Positions 28,311 to 37,125 of a DNA stretch of 64,000 bases are shown piece by piece. A model generated the notes under the pieces. It did no database searches. It saw only the letters and a list, made by a program, of their open reading frames with translations, and was not told the origin of the DNA. A program made the translations under genes and the position numbers. The stretch covers positions 117,298-181,297 of the forward strand of contig JBAZQY010000001.1 of NCBI GenBank assembly GCA_041663185.1. The letters run 5' to 3'. The DNA comes from Minisyncoccota bacterium (GTDB lineage: Bacteria; Patescibacteriota; Minisyncoccia; Phycocordibacterales; UBA9973). Within the stretch, counting starts at the first letter, position 1. Each line of letters begins with the position of its first letter.

Positions 28311-28373
28311 AGATAGTCTTTATGCTAATATTCCCATTAGGTAGGTAATCTATTTTTCTATCGGACAATAAAA

Positions 28374-28877
28374 TTGAGAGAAAGAATAAACAATCAAATA
28401 CGAGCTTCTGAGGTTCGAGTAATCTCAAACGAAGGAGTTAATCTTGGTGTTTTAAGTATAAAAGAGGCCCAAGCACAAGCTGATTCGCAAGGACTTGATT
28501 TGATTGAAATTTCTCCCAATACTAATCCACCGATAGTCAAAATAGCAAATTTTGGTAAGTATCAATACGAACAAAATAAGAAACAGAAAAAAGCTAAAGC
28601 TGGAGCAAAAACAACCGAAACCAAAGCTGTTCAAATAAAAATCGGCACCGGCGACAATGACCTGGCTCTCAAGGCTAGAAAAGCATCAGAATGGCTCAAA
28701 GAAGGACATCGTATAAAAGTGGAATTATTTTTGTCAGGACGTTCCAAATATATGCCAGATGCATTCTTAAAAGAGCGGTTAGATCGTATTCTTCATCTTA
28801 TTACCGAAAATTATAAAATTGCCGAAAATTATAAAAAAGGTCCAAAAGGTCCAACAATTACAATTGAGAAGCAGTAG
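28374..28877 (+). CDS. infC: Translation initiation factor IF-3
   Basis: Conserved IF3 N- and C-domains (…INNQIRASEVRVI…, …LFLSGRSKYM…). The track uses a TTG start; an in-frame ATA at 28368 is an alternative, since IF3 genes typically use atypical start codons. Confidence 0.8.
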   Translation: MRERINNQIRASEVRVISNEGVNLGVLSIKEAQAQADSQGLDLIEISPNTNPPIVKIANFGKYQYEQNKKQKKAKAGAKTTETKAVQIKIGTGDNDLALKARKASEWLKEGHRIKVELFLSGRSKYMPDAFLKERLDRILHLITENYKIAENYKKGPKGPTITIEKQ

Positions 28878-28953
28878 AAAATAGCAAGCAGTAAGTAGAA
28901 AGGAAATTAAAAAAATAAATACCTTACTACATACTACCTACTACATACTACTT
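28871..28953. repeat. GTAG-heptad imperfect hairpin (REP-like family) between infC and rpmI
   Basis: Left arm gcaGTAGaaaaTAGcaagcaGTAAGTAGaaagg and right arm ccttaCTACataCTACctaCTACataCTACtt. Confidence 0.6.
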
Positions 28954-28960
28954 ATTATAT

Positions 28961-29158
28961 ATGTCTATTAAAACAAATAAATCTTTAACAAAGCGTTTAA
29001 AAATTACTAAAAATGGTAAGATATTGTCTCGTGCACCAGGATTCAATCATTTTAATGCGAAACAATCTAGAAAAAAACAATTAGGCGGTAAAAAAACAGC
29101 AAATTTTGCTATTTCAAATAGAAACCGACGTACATATCTGGCTACGTCAAAAATATAA
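28961..29158 (+). CDS. rpmI: 50S ribosomal protein L35
   Basis: 65 aa, basic, in the infC-rpmI-rplT arrangement. Confidence 0.8.
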   Translation: MSIKTNKSLTKRLKITKNGKILSRAPGFNHFNAKQSRKKQLGGKKTANFAISNRNRRTYLATSKI

Positions 29159-29185
29159 AAATTAATAATTTAATAATTAATCAAC

Positions 29186-29530
29186 ATGACAAGAGTTAAA
29201 AGAGGAACAATGAAAAATAAGCGCCGAAAGAATATCCTTGCCCAAACAAAAGGATTCCGTTTCGGACGCAGTACAAAAAAGATACAAGCTAAAGATGCAT
29301 TATTACACGCAGGGAATTATTCTTTTGCCCATCGCAAAGACAAAAAAGCAGATGCGAGAAGTTTGTGGACTACTAGAATTAACGCCGCAATCAGACCATT
29401 TGGAATGTCATACAGTAAATTCATTGATGGTTTAAAAAAGAAAAATATTATGGTTGACCGTAAAATTTTATCTGATATTGCTCAAAATAACCCAGAAGTG
29501 TTCGAAAGAATTGTAAAAAATATCGCATAA
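29186..29530 (+). CDS. rplT: 50S ribosomal protein L20
   Basis: MTRVKRG...KRRKNILAQTKGFRFGRS... conserved L20 N-terminus. Confidence 0.85.
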   Translation: MTRVKRGTMKNKRRKNILAQTKGFRFGRSTKKIQAKDALLHAGNYSFAHRKDKKADARSLWTTRINAAIRPFGMSYSKFIDGLKKKNIMVDRKILSDIAQNNPEVFERIVKNIA

Positions 29531-29558
29531 AAAAACCCTCCTCTCGGAGGGTTTTTTT
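29529..29558. terminator. Bidirectional intrinsic terminator
   Basis: aaaaaaa-ccctcc-tctc-ggaggg-ttttttt. Confidence 0.65.
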
Positions 29559-29561
29559 ATT

Positions 29562-30938
29562 TTAGCATTTTAGGATAACTGTCTCATTGTTTGTTGGGGT
29601 ATAAGCATCAACCCCAAGATTATCTTTCAACTTCTGAGCCAGAAACATTGCCGATTTCGGTTCTCCCATTACAACAAAAACTTTTTTTAAGGTATGAGCT
29701 GTATTTTCTACAAATTCAACTAAATGATCAGAGTCTTTGTGCCCCGAGTAGCCACTAATCATCTCTACGTGGGCGCGAACGATAGTCTCTTCACCAAAAA
29801 TGTGGACTTTTTTAGCTCCATCATAAATAAGTCGCCCGAGTGTCCCAATCGACTGATAACCAATCAATAGGATAGTATTATTCTTATCAGGTAGATAATT
29901 CTTTTCATGGTGCATTATACGACCACCTTTTGACATACCACTACCAGCAATAATTATTTTAGGTGGGGGTACTTTTAAAATTGCTTTCGATTCTTCTGTC
30001 TCCATTGTTTCTATTAAGCCTGGAAAATCAAAAAGTTTATCACCTGTTGCAATTATATCGCGGGCTGTTTTATTAAAATACTTATCATATTTCAAATAAA
30101 TATCTGTGAGTTTTATTGAAAGTGGTGAATCAAGAAATATCGGCAATTTAGACATTTCATCATTCTCATTAATAAAAGAATTCATTTCATAAAGTAATTC
30201 TTGTGTTCGCTCAAGGGAAAAAGTCGGTATCATAAGTACTCCCTTGCGAGTGTAATTTTCTCTTATTATTTCTTCAAGCTTCTTTTTACGCAAATCACGA
30301 TGTTCGTGATTGCGGTCTCCATAACATGATTCCATTATTAAATAATCCACGTTCTCAATTGGTTCATTATCCGGTAATAATGGCGATGGAGAATTACCAA
30401 GGTCCCCTGTGAAAACTATTTTCTTACCATTATAAATTATTTCCAGCATTCCAGAGCCAAGAATATGCCCAGAATTTTTGAAAGAAAATTGGAAGCCGTG
30501 GTCAATATTTATCTTCTGCCCATACTCAAATGTCTCCCATAGGTCCATAGCTTTCTTAATATTCTCTGGTGAATAAATTTTTGCCAAATCATATTCTGTA
30601 TCTTTCGATAAAATGTGGGCCGTGTCGGCCAACATCACTTCCGTAATTTCTTTTGTTGGAACAACTGAAATTATTCGCCCATTAAAACCTTCACTGATAA
30701 GCTTTGGAATACGCCCAATATGATCGACATGTCCATGGGTTATAAAAAGAATATCAATAGTCGAAGCATCATATGGAAACTTGTCCCAGTTTAGGTCGTC
30801 GGCGATTTTTTCTCCCTGAATTAATCCACAATCAATCAAAAATTTCTTGTCATTTCCCTCCAATAAAAAATTTGCTCCGGTAACAGTCCCTGCTCCAGAA
30901 CAAAAAGTCACTTTTAGATTTGTCTCATTTGTCATCAA
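29562..30938 (-). CDS. MBL-fold beta-CASP family ribonuclease-like hydrolase
   Basis: HxHxDH metallo-beta-lactamase motif (THGHVDHIG) plus a C-terminal beta-CASP-like region with conserved His. Confidence 0.65.
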   Translation of the reverse strand: MMTNETNLKVTFCSGAGTVTGANFLLEGNDKKFLIDCGLIQGEKIADDLNWDKFPYDASTIDILFITHGHVDHIGRIPKLISEGFNGRIISVVPTKEITEVMLADTAHILSKDTEYDLAKIYSPENIKKAMDLWETFEYGQKINIDHGFQFSFKNSGHILGSGMLEIIYNGKKIVFTGDLGNSPSPLLPDNEPIENVDYLIMESCYGDRNHEHRDLRKKKLEEIIRENYTRKGVLMIPTFSLERTQELLYEMNSFINENDEMSKLPIFLDSPLSIKLTDIYLKYDKYFNKTARDIIATGDKLFDFPGLIETMETEESKAILKVPPPKIIIAGSGMSKGGRIMHHEKNYLPDKNNTILLIGYQSIGTLGRLIYDGAKKVHIFGEETIVRAHVEMISGYSGHKDSDHLVEFVENTAHTLKKVFVVMGEPKSAMFLAQKLKDNLGVDAYTPTNNETVILKC

Positions 30939-30960
30939 ATCAATTATACCTTATATAGTT

Positions 30961-31075
30961 GAAAAATGGAATTTAAATAGCTCTTCTCGAAATACGCACA
31001 TAAAATTCTGCTGAATTTTTGCTATGCTCGGGCCGTCGCCCTGCGCAATGTATTTCTCAAAGACTATTTTAATTC
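30961..31075 (+). other. Diverged copy (about 80% nt identity) of an internal phosphomutase-gene segment (27301-27400); pseudogene fragment or mobile in-frame element
   Basis: Nucleotide alignment includes a GC-rich hairpin with a compensatory change (gggc...gccc versus ggcc...ggcc). The same-frame translation LNFCYARAVALRNVF resembles LGFCSARPVGLRKSF and is preceded by a stop. Confidence 0.5.
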
Positions 31076-31084
31076 CATTTTTCA

Positions 31085-31206
31085 ATAATCTTATAAAAAG
31101 ATAAACAAAATAGTCTTATCAGAGGGGCTTTTGAGCGCGACGGCGTGAAAACTGATCAAATTTCTAGTAAGAAATTTGATGTACCCTCTGGGAAGAGCTA
31201 TTTTGT
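31085..31206. repeat. ~120-nt nested imperfect palindrome
   Basis: Outer perfect 19-bp arms aaaaagataaacaaaatag/ctattttgtttatcttttt. Inner stems are cagaggg/ccctctg and atcaaatttc-tagtaa-gaaatttgat, with an asymmetric GC-rich bulge. Confidence 0.55.
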
Positions 31207-31510
31207 TTATCTTTTTTGTTTTCCTAATAAAAAATCCTCCCAAAAATGGAAGAATTTCTTATTAGGACTATCGAAGTTGTATTACCGTAGCACTAAGACT
31301 AGGTGGGATTACGGATAATAGGGATTTGTTAACGTAAAATTGTTTACAGTTCCTTATTAAAACTCTATATCCCCTAAAAAATTGTTCTAGGTAACACATT
31401 TCAAATAATCCTATCTTGAGTATACCCTCCGAAAATAATTACACAAGCGTTTTTACAAAAATAACACACTTTTGACAGCCCTTCAAATTGAGTTTTGAAT
31501 AAAGATATCG

Positions 31511-31608
31511 AAAAAACCCAATATAAAAATTTTATGAGTAGGTGTGGGCGCGCGCCGAGCGAAGCGAGGTAGGGATAAGCGAATAAAATTTTTATATTGG
31601 GCTTTTTT
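31511..31608. repeat. Palindromic repeat element with conserved GC-rich core, copy 3 of 3
   Basis: aaaaaaccca-atataaaaattttat-GAGTAGGTGTGGGCGCGCGCCGAGCGAAGCGAGGTAGGGATAAGCGAAT-aaaatttttatat-tgggctttttt. It is 3' of the CYTH gene. Confidence 0.8.
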
Positions 31609-31622
31609 ATAAGAAAAACTAT

Positions 31623-32180
31623 CTAAAAATCTTCCATTCCGTATTTTTCAAAAAGCATAATGTCATATTTACTACCAGCCAGATGATCCTCTTTTGAAAC
31701 TCCTAAATCCGAGAGGAAATTAAGCAATTCTTCTTGAATTTTTTGTCTAGATTCTGCATTTTCTTCAGAAACAATCCTTTCAACTTCAATAAATTCACCC
31801 AAATTCTCAACAACATCAATAACTATTTCCATCCCCTGTAGTTTTGTCTTAATTCTTTTCTTGTTTACAACTGGAACTTTTTTATAGTTAATAAGATGCA
31901 TAATTTCTAGCATTTTTTCTCCATCTGATATCTCGAGTTCGTGCTCAATGCAGTCCTGTCTATTGGATTGGGAAATTTTCATAGTGAAAATATTTTTATC
32001 GTTTTGCTTCCTGACTCTTAAAACAGGAACATTATAGGGTGGAGGAAAAACCATCTCTTTTGGAATAAAAATGTGGTCAATCTGGTGTAATTCTTCACCA
32101 AAAGAACAGCCCATATCCTCGAGTTTTTTAATTATTTCATCTTTATTTTTTAACCTTGCTTTTACTTCAACTTCGTACAT
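31623..32180 (-). CDS. CYTH-domain protein (class IV adenylate cyclase / triphosphate tunnel metalloenzyme family)
   Basis: N-terminus MYEVEVKARL and alternating charged beta-strand motifs typical of CYTH. About 185 aa. Confidence 0.5.
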   Translation of the reverse strand: MYEVEVKARLKNKDEIIKKLEDMGCSFGEELHQIDHIFIPKEMVFPPPYNVPVLRVRKQNDKNIFTMKISQSNRQDCIEHELEISDGEKMLEIMHLINYKKVPVVNKKRIKTKLQGMEIVIDVVENLGEFIEVERIVSEENAESRQKIQEELLNFLSDLGVSKEDHLAGSKYDIMLFEKYGMEDF

Positions 32181-32191
32181 ATTTGTATCAT

Positions 32192-32222
32192 ATCACAAAA
32201 TCCCCTTACGGGGATTTTGTGA
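32192..32222. terminator. Bidirectional terminator between ndk and the CYTH gene
   Basis: aaaatcccc-ttac-ggggatttt. Confidence 0.6.
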
Positions 32223-32226
32223 TTTA

Positions 32227-32742
32227 TTATTTCTTTTTTGCTTGTGTAAACTTTTCATGAACTGTTTCATAAGAGAACAGCTCTGCTTCAGAAAACCAGT
32301 GCGCTATCTCCTGCTCTGCATCAGAAGCATCGCCTGAGGCATGTATTATATTTGGAATACCTAAATCATTAGCATCGGCATGTCCAAAACTCATGTGTGA
32401 ATAATCCCCTCTAATAGTTCCAGGAAGAGCTGCTTTGGGTTCTGTTGCCCCAACCATTTTACGGATAAGAGATATTGCCTCAACACCCTCCATAACAAAA
32501 GCAATAACAGGGCCCTCGTTCATCATAGATAATGTGACATCAAAAGCTTTTTGCCCACGACGAGAAATCATTTTTCCAATATTTTCATAGTGATGAAAAT
32601 AATGATCATAACCTGGTTGAATCATTTTTGCTCCAACAATTTTTAATCCAATTTTCTCAAAACGGGCCAAAATTTCTCCAACAATTCCACGTTGAACTGC
32701 GTCTGGTTTAAAAATAATTAATGAACGTTCTATAGTTACCAT
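32227..32742 (-). CDS. ndk: Nucleoside diphosphate kinase
   Basis: MVTIERSLIIFKPD...NIIHASGDASDAEQEI signature. The listed ORF start at 32793 is an upstream extension. Confidence 0.85.
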   Translation of the reverse strand: MVTIERSLIIFKPDAVQRGIVGEILARFEKIGLKIVGAKMIQPGYDHYFHHYENIGKMISRRGQKAFDVTLSMMNEGPVIAFVMEGVEAISLIRKMVGATEPKAALPGTIRGDYSHMSFGHADANDLGIPNIIHASGDASDAEQEIAHWFSEAELFSYETVHEKFTQAKKK

Positions 32743-32815
32743 AATATAAATTCTATTAATAAATAATAATGTGATTCTAGCACAAAAAAACACTAAATCA
32801 AAATCATTTTTATTA

Positions 32816-35554
32816 TTACTCGCGACGATACTTGGCCATTATTTCCTCTTCAATTTCTTCGCGAGGACGACCATACTTAAGATATGATAATTCTTTTATT
32901 TTTTCAACTATTTCGGTATTGCCTTTTGGTGTTAAGCTCCAATGTGAAGTCATACTGAAAGGTTTTGTTGGTGTCCCATTCACAAGCATACTGACATAAG
33001 AATTAAAGTTATCTAGTTTCATAATATCTGAAGCGGTAAATGTCGGCTTGAATTTCTGCTCAACAAAATTTGCATCTTCGGTACTGATACGATAGACCGC
33101 CATAGATCCAACGTTTCCAAAAACTGCATTCTTAATATTTTCTTCAAGTTGTGAGATGTACTGGTGAGCAATAGTCAAAGACAAGCGATATTTGCGGGCT
33201 TCTGAAAGAATTGAGGCGATAGAATCGGTTGTGACATTTTGGAATTCATCGATGTAAAGATAAAAATCATTCATTTTCTGGCCATACATATCAACACGAG
33301 AAAGGGCGGCCATTTGAATTTTACCAACTAACAACAAACCAATAAGGTTAGCGTTAACTTCTCCAAGTCTTCCTTTTGAAAGATTAACTAGTAAAATCTT
33401 TTTATTGTCCATTATTTCACGGAAATTAAATACTGATTTTTCTTGTAGGACAACTGGGCGCATGATATCGTTCGAAATAAAGTTATCGAACTTGGAAGTA
33501 ATATAGGGGACAAAGTTTGCAATAGATTGATCACCGGTAGTTTTTTCGGCATTTTTCCAAAACTCCACAACGATTGGATTTTTACATTTTGCCATCAGCG
33601 CATGACGATATTCATCATTACCCAAAATACGACTAATTTCAAGAAGAGTCGCCGGATGATCAGGATCATCCATCGCAAGGAAAGCACTATTTTTGAAATA
33701 CTGATCAAACATAGGGCCTCCAGTGGCTTTCATGTCAAAAAGTTTATTGAAAATCGCCATCAGTTCGTTGACCACAAATGTCTTCTGCTCAGGATATTTT
33801 GGATCATATTCAAGCATGTTGAGGCCCATTGGGCGTGCAGTATATGCTGGGTCAAAATAAATAACATCATCAATACGTTCTCTTGGAATATAACTTAAAA
33901 TATCTTGAATATCACTGCCGTGTGGATCAATAAAACAACAACCGTCACCATTTTTAATATCTTGGGCAATCATGTTCTTCAAAATTGTCGTCTTACCAGT
34001 TCCTGTCTGTCCGATGACGTACATGTGGCGCAACCTATCTTCACGAGTCATACGAACTTCAGTGTCTTTGCCATGATAACTATTTATACCAAGCAAAATA
34101 CCCTGGTCTCCCATTTCCATTGGAGCTGGAGCAATACCCGCCTTTGCTTGTTTAAGTTGTGGAGAAACAATCCCATATGGAAAATGGAAAATTGTCGCTA
34201 ATTCTTTAAGGTTAAGGGGCATTCCATATTCATTTGAGAATGTTCGATAAGAAAAATCATGGACTAGTTGTGTTAACTCCTTTCCTTCGGGATGTCTAAA
34301 ATTAAATCCATTGCGATCTGCTTCTGTGAATTGGTTAAATGTCGATTCGACGTCTGCAAGAATTTGTTTTGCCCGCGACTCACTTTCAGCTGAAGCAACG
34401 ATACGGATATTTACCGCCATGATAGTGCTTTTCATCTTTTCGGTAATATTTTCTACCGCCTTATCATTCACCTTTTTTTCTTCTTTCTTTTTTGATGAAC
34501 CTAAAAATAAATCTCCAGCCAATGATTTAAATTCTTTGGTTATCTGGCGAGTTAAACTTCCAGCTGTTCGAACCGACATTCCTTCTTTGACATCAGCTAG
34601 CATAATATGAAACTTCTTCATTATTTCATCATCTTCAGGGCAAATTGTAAACTGAATAGATGCTCCTTCTCCACTTTTTTTAAGTTTGGTAAAAAGATTT
34701 AAAATAATATTTAGTGGATCATGATCAATCGCATCGTATAATTTTATTGGGTAAACATCATGGTGGGCAAGCTTGGCATATGAACCAACAACAGATGCAT
34801 TTTCAGAAAAAATATTATAATCATCTGGAATCTCAACAATTTTAGCATTAGAATGAACTCCAAATAACTGTTTTTCAAATAAATCTGCTTTGTTACTTGG
34901 GACAGAAGCATAAAAAACAAAATTATCACTACCTTCAGCAAGAGCAATCTCTAAAGTAAAATGATTTCGACTATAATTCTGCCGTCCCTCGCCGACTGAG
35001 TGCATACCTGCGTAAAATTGCTCCATTGCACTCAATAATTCTTTCAATCCTTTTTTATTACCTGTCTCATCATCAATATCAGGAAGAGTTATTTCAAAAA
35101 GTCGCATATCAAGTGATTTGAAAAGTGGCGTTCCTTCTTTCAGTCCTGGAACTTTGTGGGTACTGTATAAATATTGAACAAGAAAACGGTGGAAGTCATC
35201 ATCAATGTGTGGATTATTCATTTTTTCGACAACAGAAAGTGCATTTGAAATCCCCTTATCAAGTAAAATGCCGAGTAATTCTTCCATTTTGTTATCGTGA
35301 GTTTCTGGTTTTAATCTTAAAACTAATTCTTCGATAACATTCTGTTTGACAACAGCACTTTTGTGCATGACTTCTTCCGGCTCATATTTTTTATATTCAT
35401 TTATCACATTGTGAGCAAGTTGCTCTTTGTTCACTTCTTGACCTTGTCCACTAATGGCTTTCTCTCGTTCAGCAATATGTGCCCGCAAAAATTCCAATTC
35501 TTCTTGTGGAGTTTTGAATTTGGGTGCGTTGTTTAAGTTTAATCCTTCCAACAT
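32816..35554 (-). CDS. Large P-loop ATPase with a TraD/VirD4/TraG-like (DUF87/AAA_10) C-terminal domain and a ~480-aa N-terminal domain of unknown function
   Basis: Walker A VIGQTGTGKTT followed by CCFIDPHGS. Walker B/DExx-like LYIDEFQN and a C-terminal ...TIAHQYISQL... are present. No TM helices were found. Confidence 0.5.
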   Translation of the reverse strand: MLEGLNLNNAPKFKTPQEELEFLRAHIAEREKAISGQGQEVNKEQLAHNVINEYKKYEPEEVMHKSAVVKQNVIEELVLRLKPETHDNKMEELLGILLDKGISNALSVVEKMNNPHIDDDFHRFLVQYLYSTHKVPGLKEGTPLFKSLDMRLFEITLPDIDDETGNKKGLKELLSAMEQFYAGMHSVGEGRQNYSRNHFTLEIALAEGSDNFVFYASVPSNKADLFEKQLFGVHSNAKIVEIPDDYNIFSENASVVGSYAKLAHHDVYPIKLYDAIDHDPLNIILNLFTKLKKSGEGASIQFTICPEDDEIMKKFHIMLADVKEGMSVRTAGSLTRQITKEFKSLAGDLFLGSSKKKEEKKVNDKAVENITEKMKSTIMAVNIRIVASAESESRAKQILADVESTFNQFTEADRNGFNFRHPEGKELTQLVHDFSYRTFSNEYGMPLNLKELATIFHFPYGIVSPQLKQAKAGIAPAPMEMGDQGILLGINSYHGKDTEVRMTREDRLRHMYVIGQTGTGKTTILKNMIAQDIKNGDGCCFIDPHGSDIQDILSYIPRERIDDVIYFDPAYTARPMGLNMLEYDPKYPEQKTFVVNELMAIFNKLFDMKATGGPMFDQYFKNSAFLAMDDPDHPATLLEISRILGNDEYRHALMAKCKNPIVVEFWKNAEKTTGDQSIANFVPYITSKFDNFISNDIMRPVVLQEKSVFNFREIMDNKKILLVNLSKGRLGEVNANLIGLLLVGKIQMAALSRVDMYGQKMNDFYLYIDEFQNVTTDSIASILSEARKYRLSLTIAHQYISQLEENIKNAVFGNVGSMAVYRISTEDANFVEQKFKPTFTASDIMKLDNFNSYVSMLVNGTPTKPFSMTSHWSLTPKGNTEIVEKIKELSYLKYGRPREEIEEEIMAKYRRE

Positions 35555-35690
35555 ATGAGATTATTATAGCACAATCGATACACAATGAGGATAATTTTAG
35601 TCGATTTTTGTCTTTGACTTATCTTAGAAAGTTTAATATAATACCAAAAGTCGGTAATTATATTAAATTTAATCAAAAAAAGAAAAATAT

Positions 35691-36275
35691 ATGTACGGAA
35701 AAGAAAAGCCATTATTAGTGAACAAATATGAAGAAAAGCCATCATCCACTACAGTAGAAAAAAAAGAAGGTGTATCTCAGCAAAGTCAAGATTTTGCAAA
35801 CAAAACTGCACAACAAATCGAAGGTGAAATGGGCACAATCCCTGACGCTTCTGTAGAATTAGCTCGAGAAGGTGCAAAAGTAGGAGATACACTAGGAACC
35901 AAAGAAGACGCCTTCAGTAAAAATGAGATGTTGCAACAACAGATGTTAGATTTTATTGATAAACAAGAAAAACATGCCAAAGAATTAATGAGTGTTCGAC
36001 AAAAAATAGCAGATTCTTTGGGACAAGTTTTTTTGGGGAAATCTTCTGTGGGAAATTTTTTCGCAACAGCCAAAGAAAAGATCCCCGTTTGGGCAATAAA
36101 GCCAGATTTTGAAGTTACTATGAAGGATTTGGAAAATATTATGGCTGAAGCTTCAAAAGATAATTATCTGGGTTCGTTATCTGGGAAAAAAGATGAAAAG
36201 GGAATGTACCACGCATTTTATCAACCAGAAAAAAATACCAATTGGAATGTTGAAAAAACTGGGCTTACAAACTAA
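35691..36275 (+). CDS. Hypothetical protein
   Basis: 194-aa hydrophilic ORF followed by the terminator at 36289..36316. Confidence 0.4.
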   Translation: MYGKEKPLLVNKYEEKPSSTTVEKKEGVSQQSQDFANKTAQQIEGEMGTIPDASVELAREGAKVGDTLGTKEDAFSKNEMLQQQMLDFIDKQEKHAKELMSVRQKIADSLGQVFLGKSSVGNFFATAKEKIPVWAIKPDFEVTMKDLENIMAEASKDNYLGSLSGKKDEKGMYHAFYQPEKNTNWNVEKTGLTN

Positions 36276-36288
36276 ATTGCAACATAAT

Positions 36289-36316
36289 AAAAAATCCCCC
36301 GCTCGGGGGATTTTTT
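36289..36316. terminator. Bidirectional intrinsic terminator
   Basis: aaaaaatccccc-gctc-gggggattttttg. Confidence 0.65.
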
Positions 36317-36319
36317 GTT

Positions 36320-37087
36320 TTAAAGTTGAGTTAAAATTTCCGCCTCTCCTTCAGTTATTAAAATTGTATGTTCAAAGTGTGCTGATCGCGAACCGTCAGC
36401 TGTTTTTATTGTATATCCATCAGAACCATTTACAATATTATCCTTGCCGATATTTAGCATTGGTTCAATCGCGACAACCATCCCTGGAATTAATTTTTGC
36501 CCCTTTCCTGCCTTTCCATAATTCGGAATATAAGGATCCTCGTGGACTGCTTTCCCGACTCCATGCCCTGCAAGCTCTCTTACTATCCCATAACGCCCAT
36601 GGACGAATGATTCTATTGCATGCCCTATATCACCCACGGTCGCTCCACCACGAGCCGCCCAGATACCGATTTCAAGCGCCTTTTTTGTGTCATCGATAAG
36701 AGCTTGGTCTTTTTTTGAAATTTTCCCAACAGGCACCGTGACAGCATGGTCAGTGAAAAGACCTTTGTGATTTATCCCAAGGTCTAAAGAAACAATATCT
36801 CCCTCTTTTAAGATTTTATTTTTACCCGGAACACAATGAACTATCTCATTGTTGACTGAAGTGCAAAGAGTTGCCGGATAGCCACTTACTGCTCCCTCTG
36901 GTTTATAATCCAAAAAAGCTGGAACATCTCCTCCGTCTTTTATAAGTTTATAAGCAAATTGATCAAGCTCGTAAGTAGAAATACCAGGCTTAACTTGTTT
37001 AACAGTTTCTGCCAAAACAAAAGCCAACCTCTTCCCTCCTTCACGAATTATCTCTATTTCTTCTAGTGTTTTGATAATGACTGACAT
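36320..37087 (-). CDS. map: Methionine aminopeptidase, type I
   Basis: Pita-bread fold metal ligands in conserved context (…DIVSLD…, …HGVG…, …EPM…). Confidence 0.85.
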   Translation of the reverse strand: MSVIIKTLEEIEIIREGGKRLAFVLAETVKQVKPGISTYELDQFAYKLIKDGGDVPAFLDYKPEGAVSGYPATLCTSVNNEIVHCVPGKNKILKEGDIVSLDLGINHKGLFTDHAVTVPVGKISKKDQALIDDTKKALEIGIWAARGGATVGDIGHAIESFVHGRYGIVRELAGHGVGKAVHEDPYIPNYGKAGKGQKLIPGMVVAIEPMLNIGKDNIVNGSDGYTIKTADGSRSAHFEHTILITEGEAEILTQL

Positions 37088-37125
37088 ATAAATTCTATAC
37101 TAGATGAATTTTGCTAAATAAGCAA

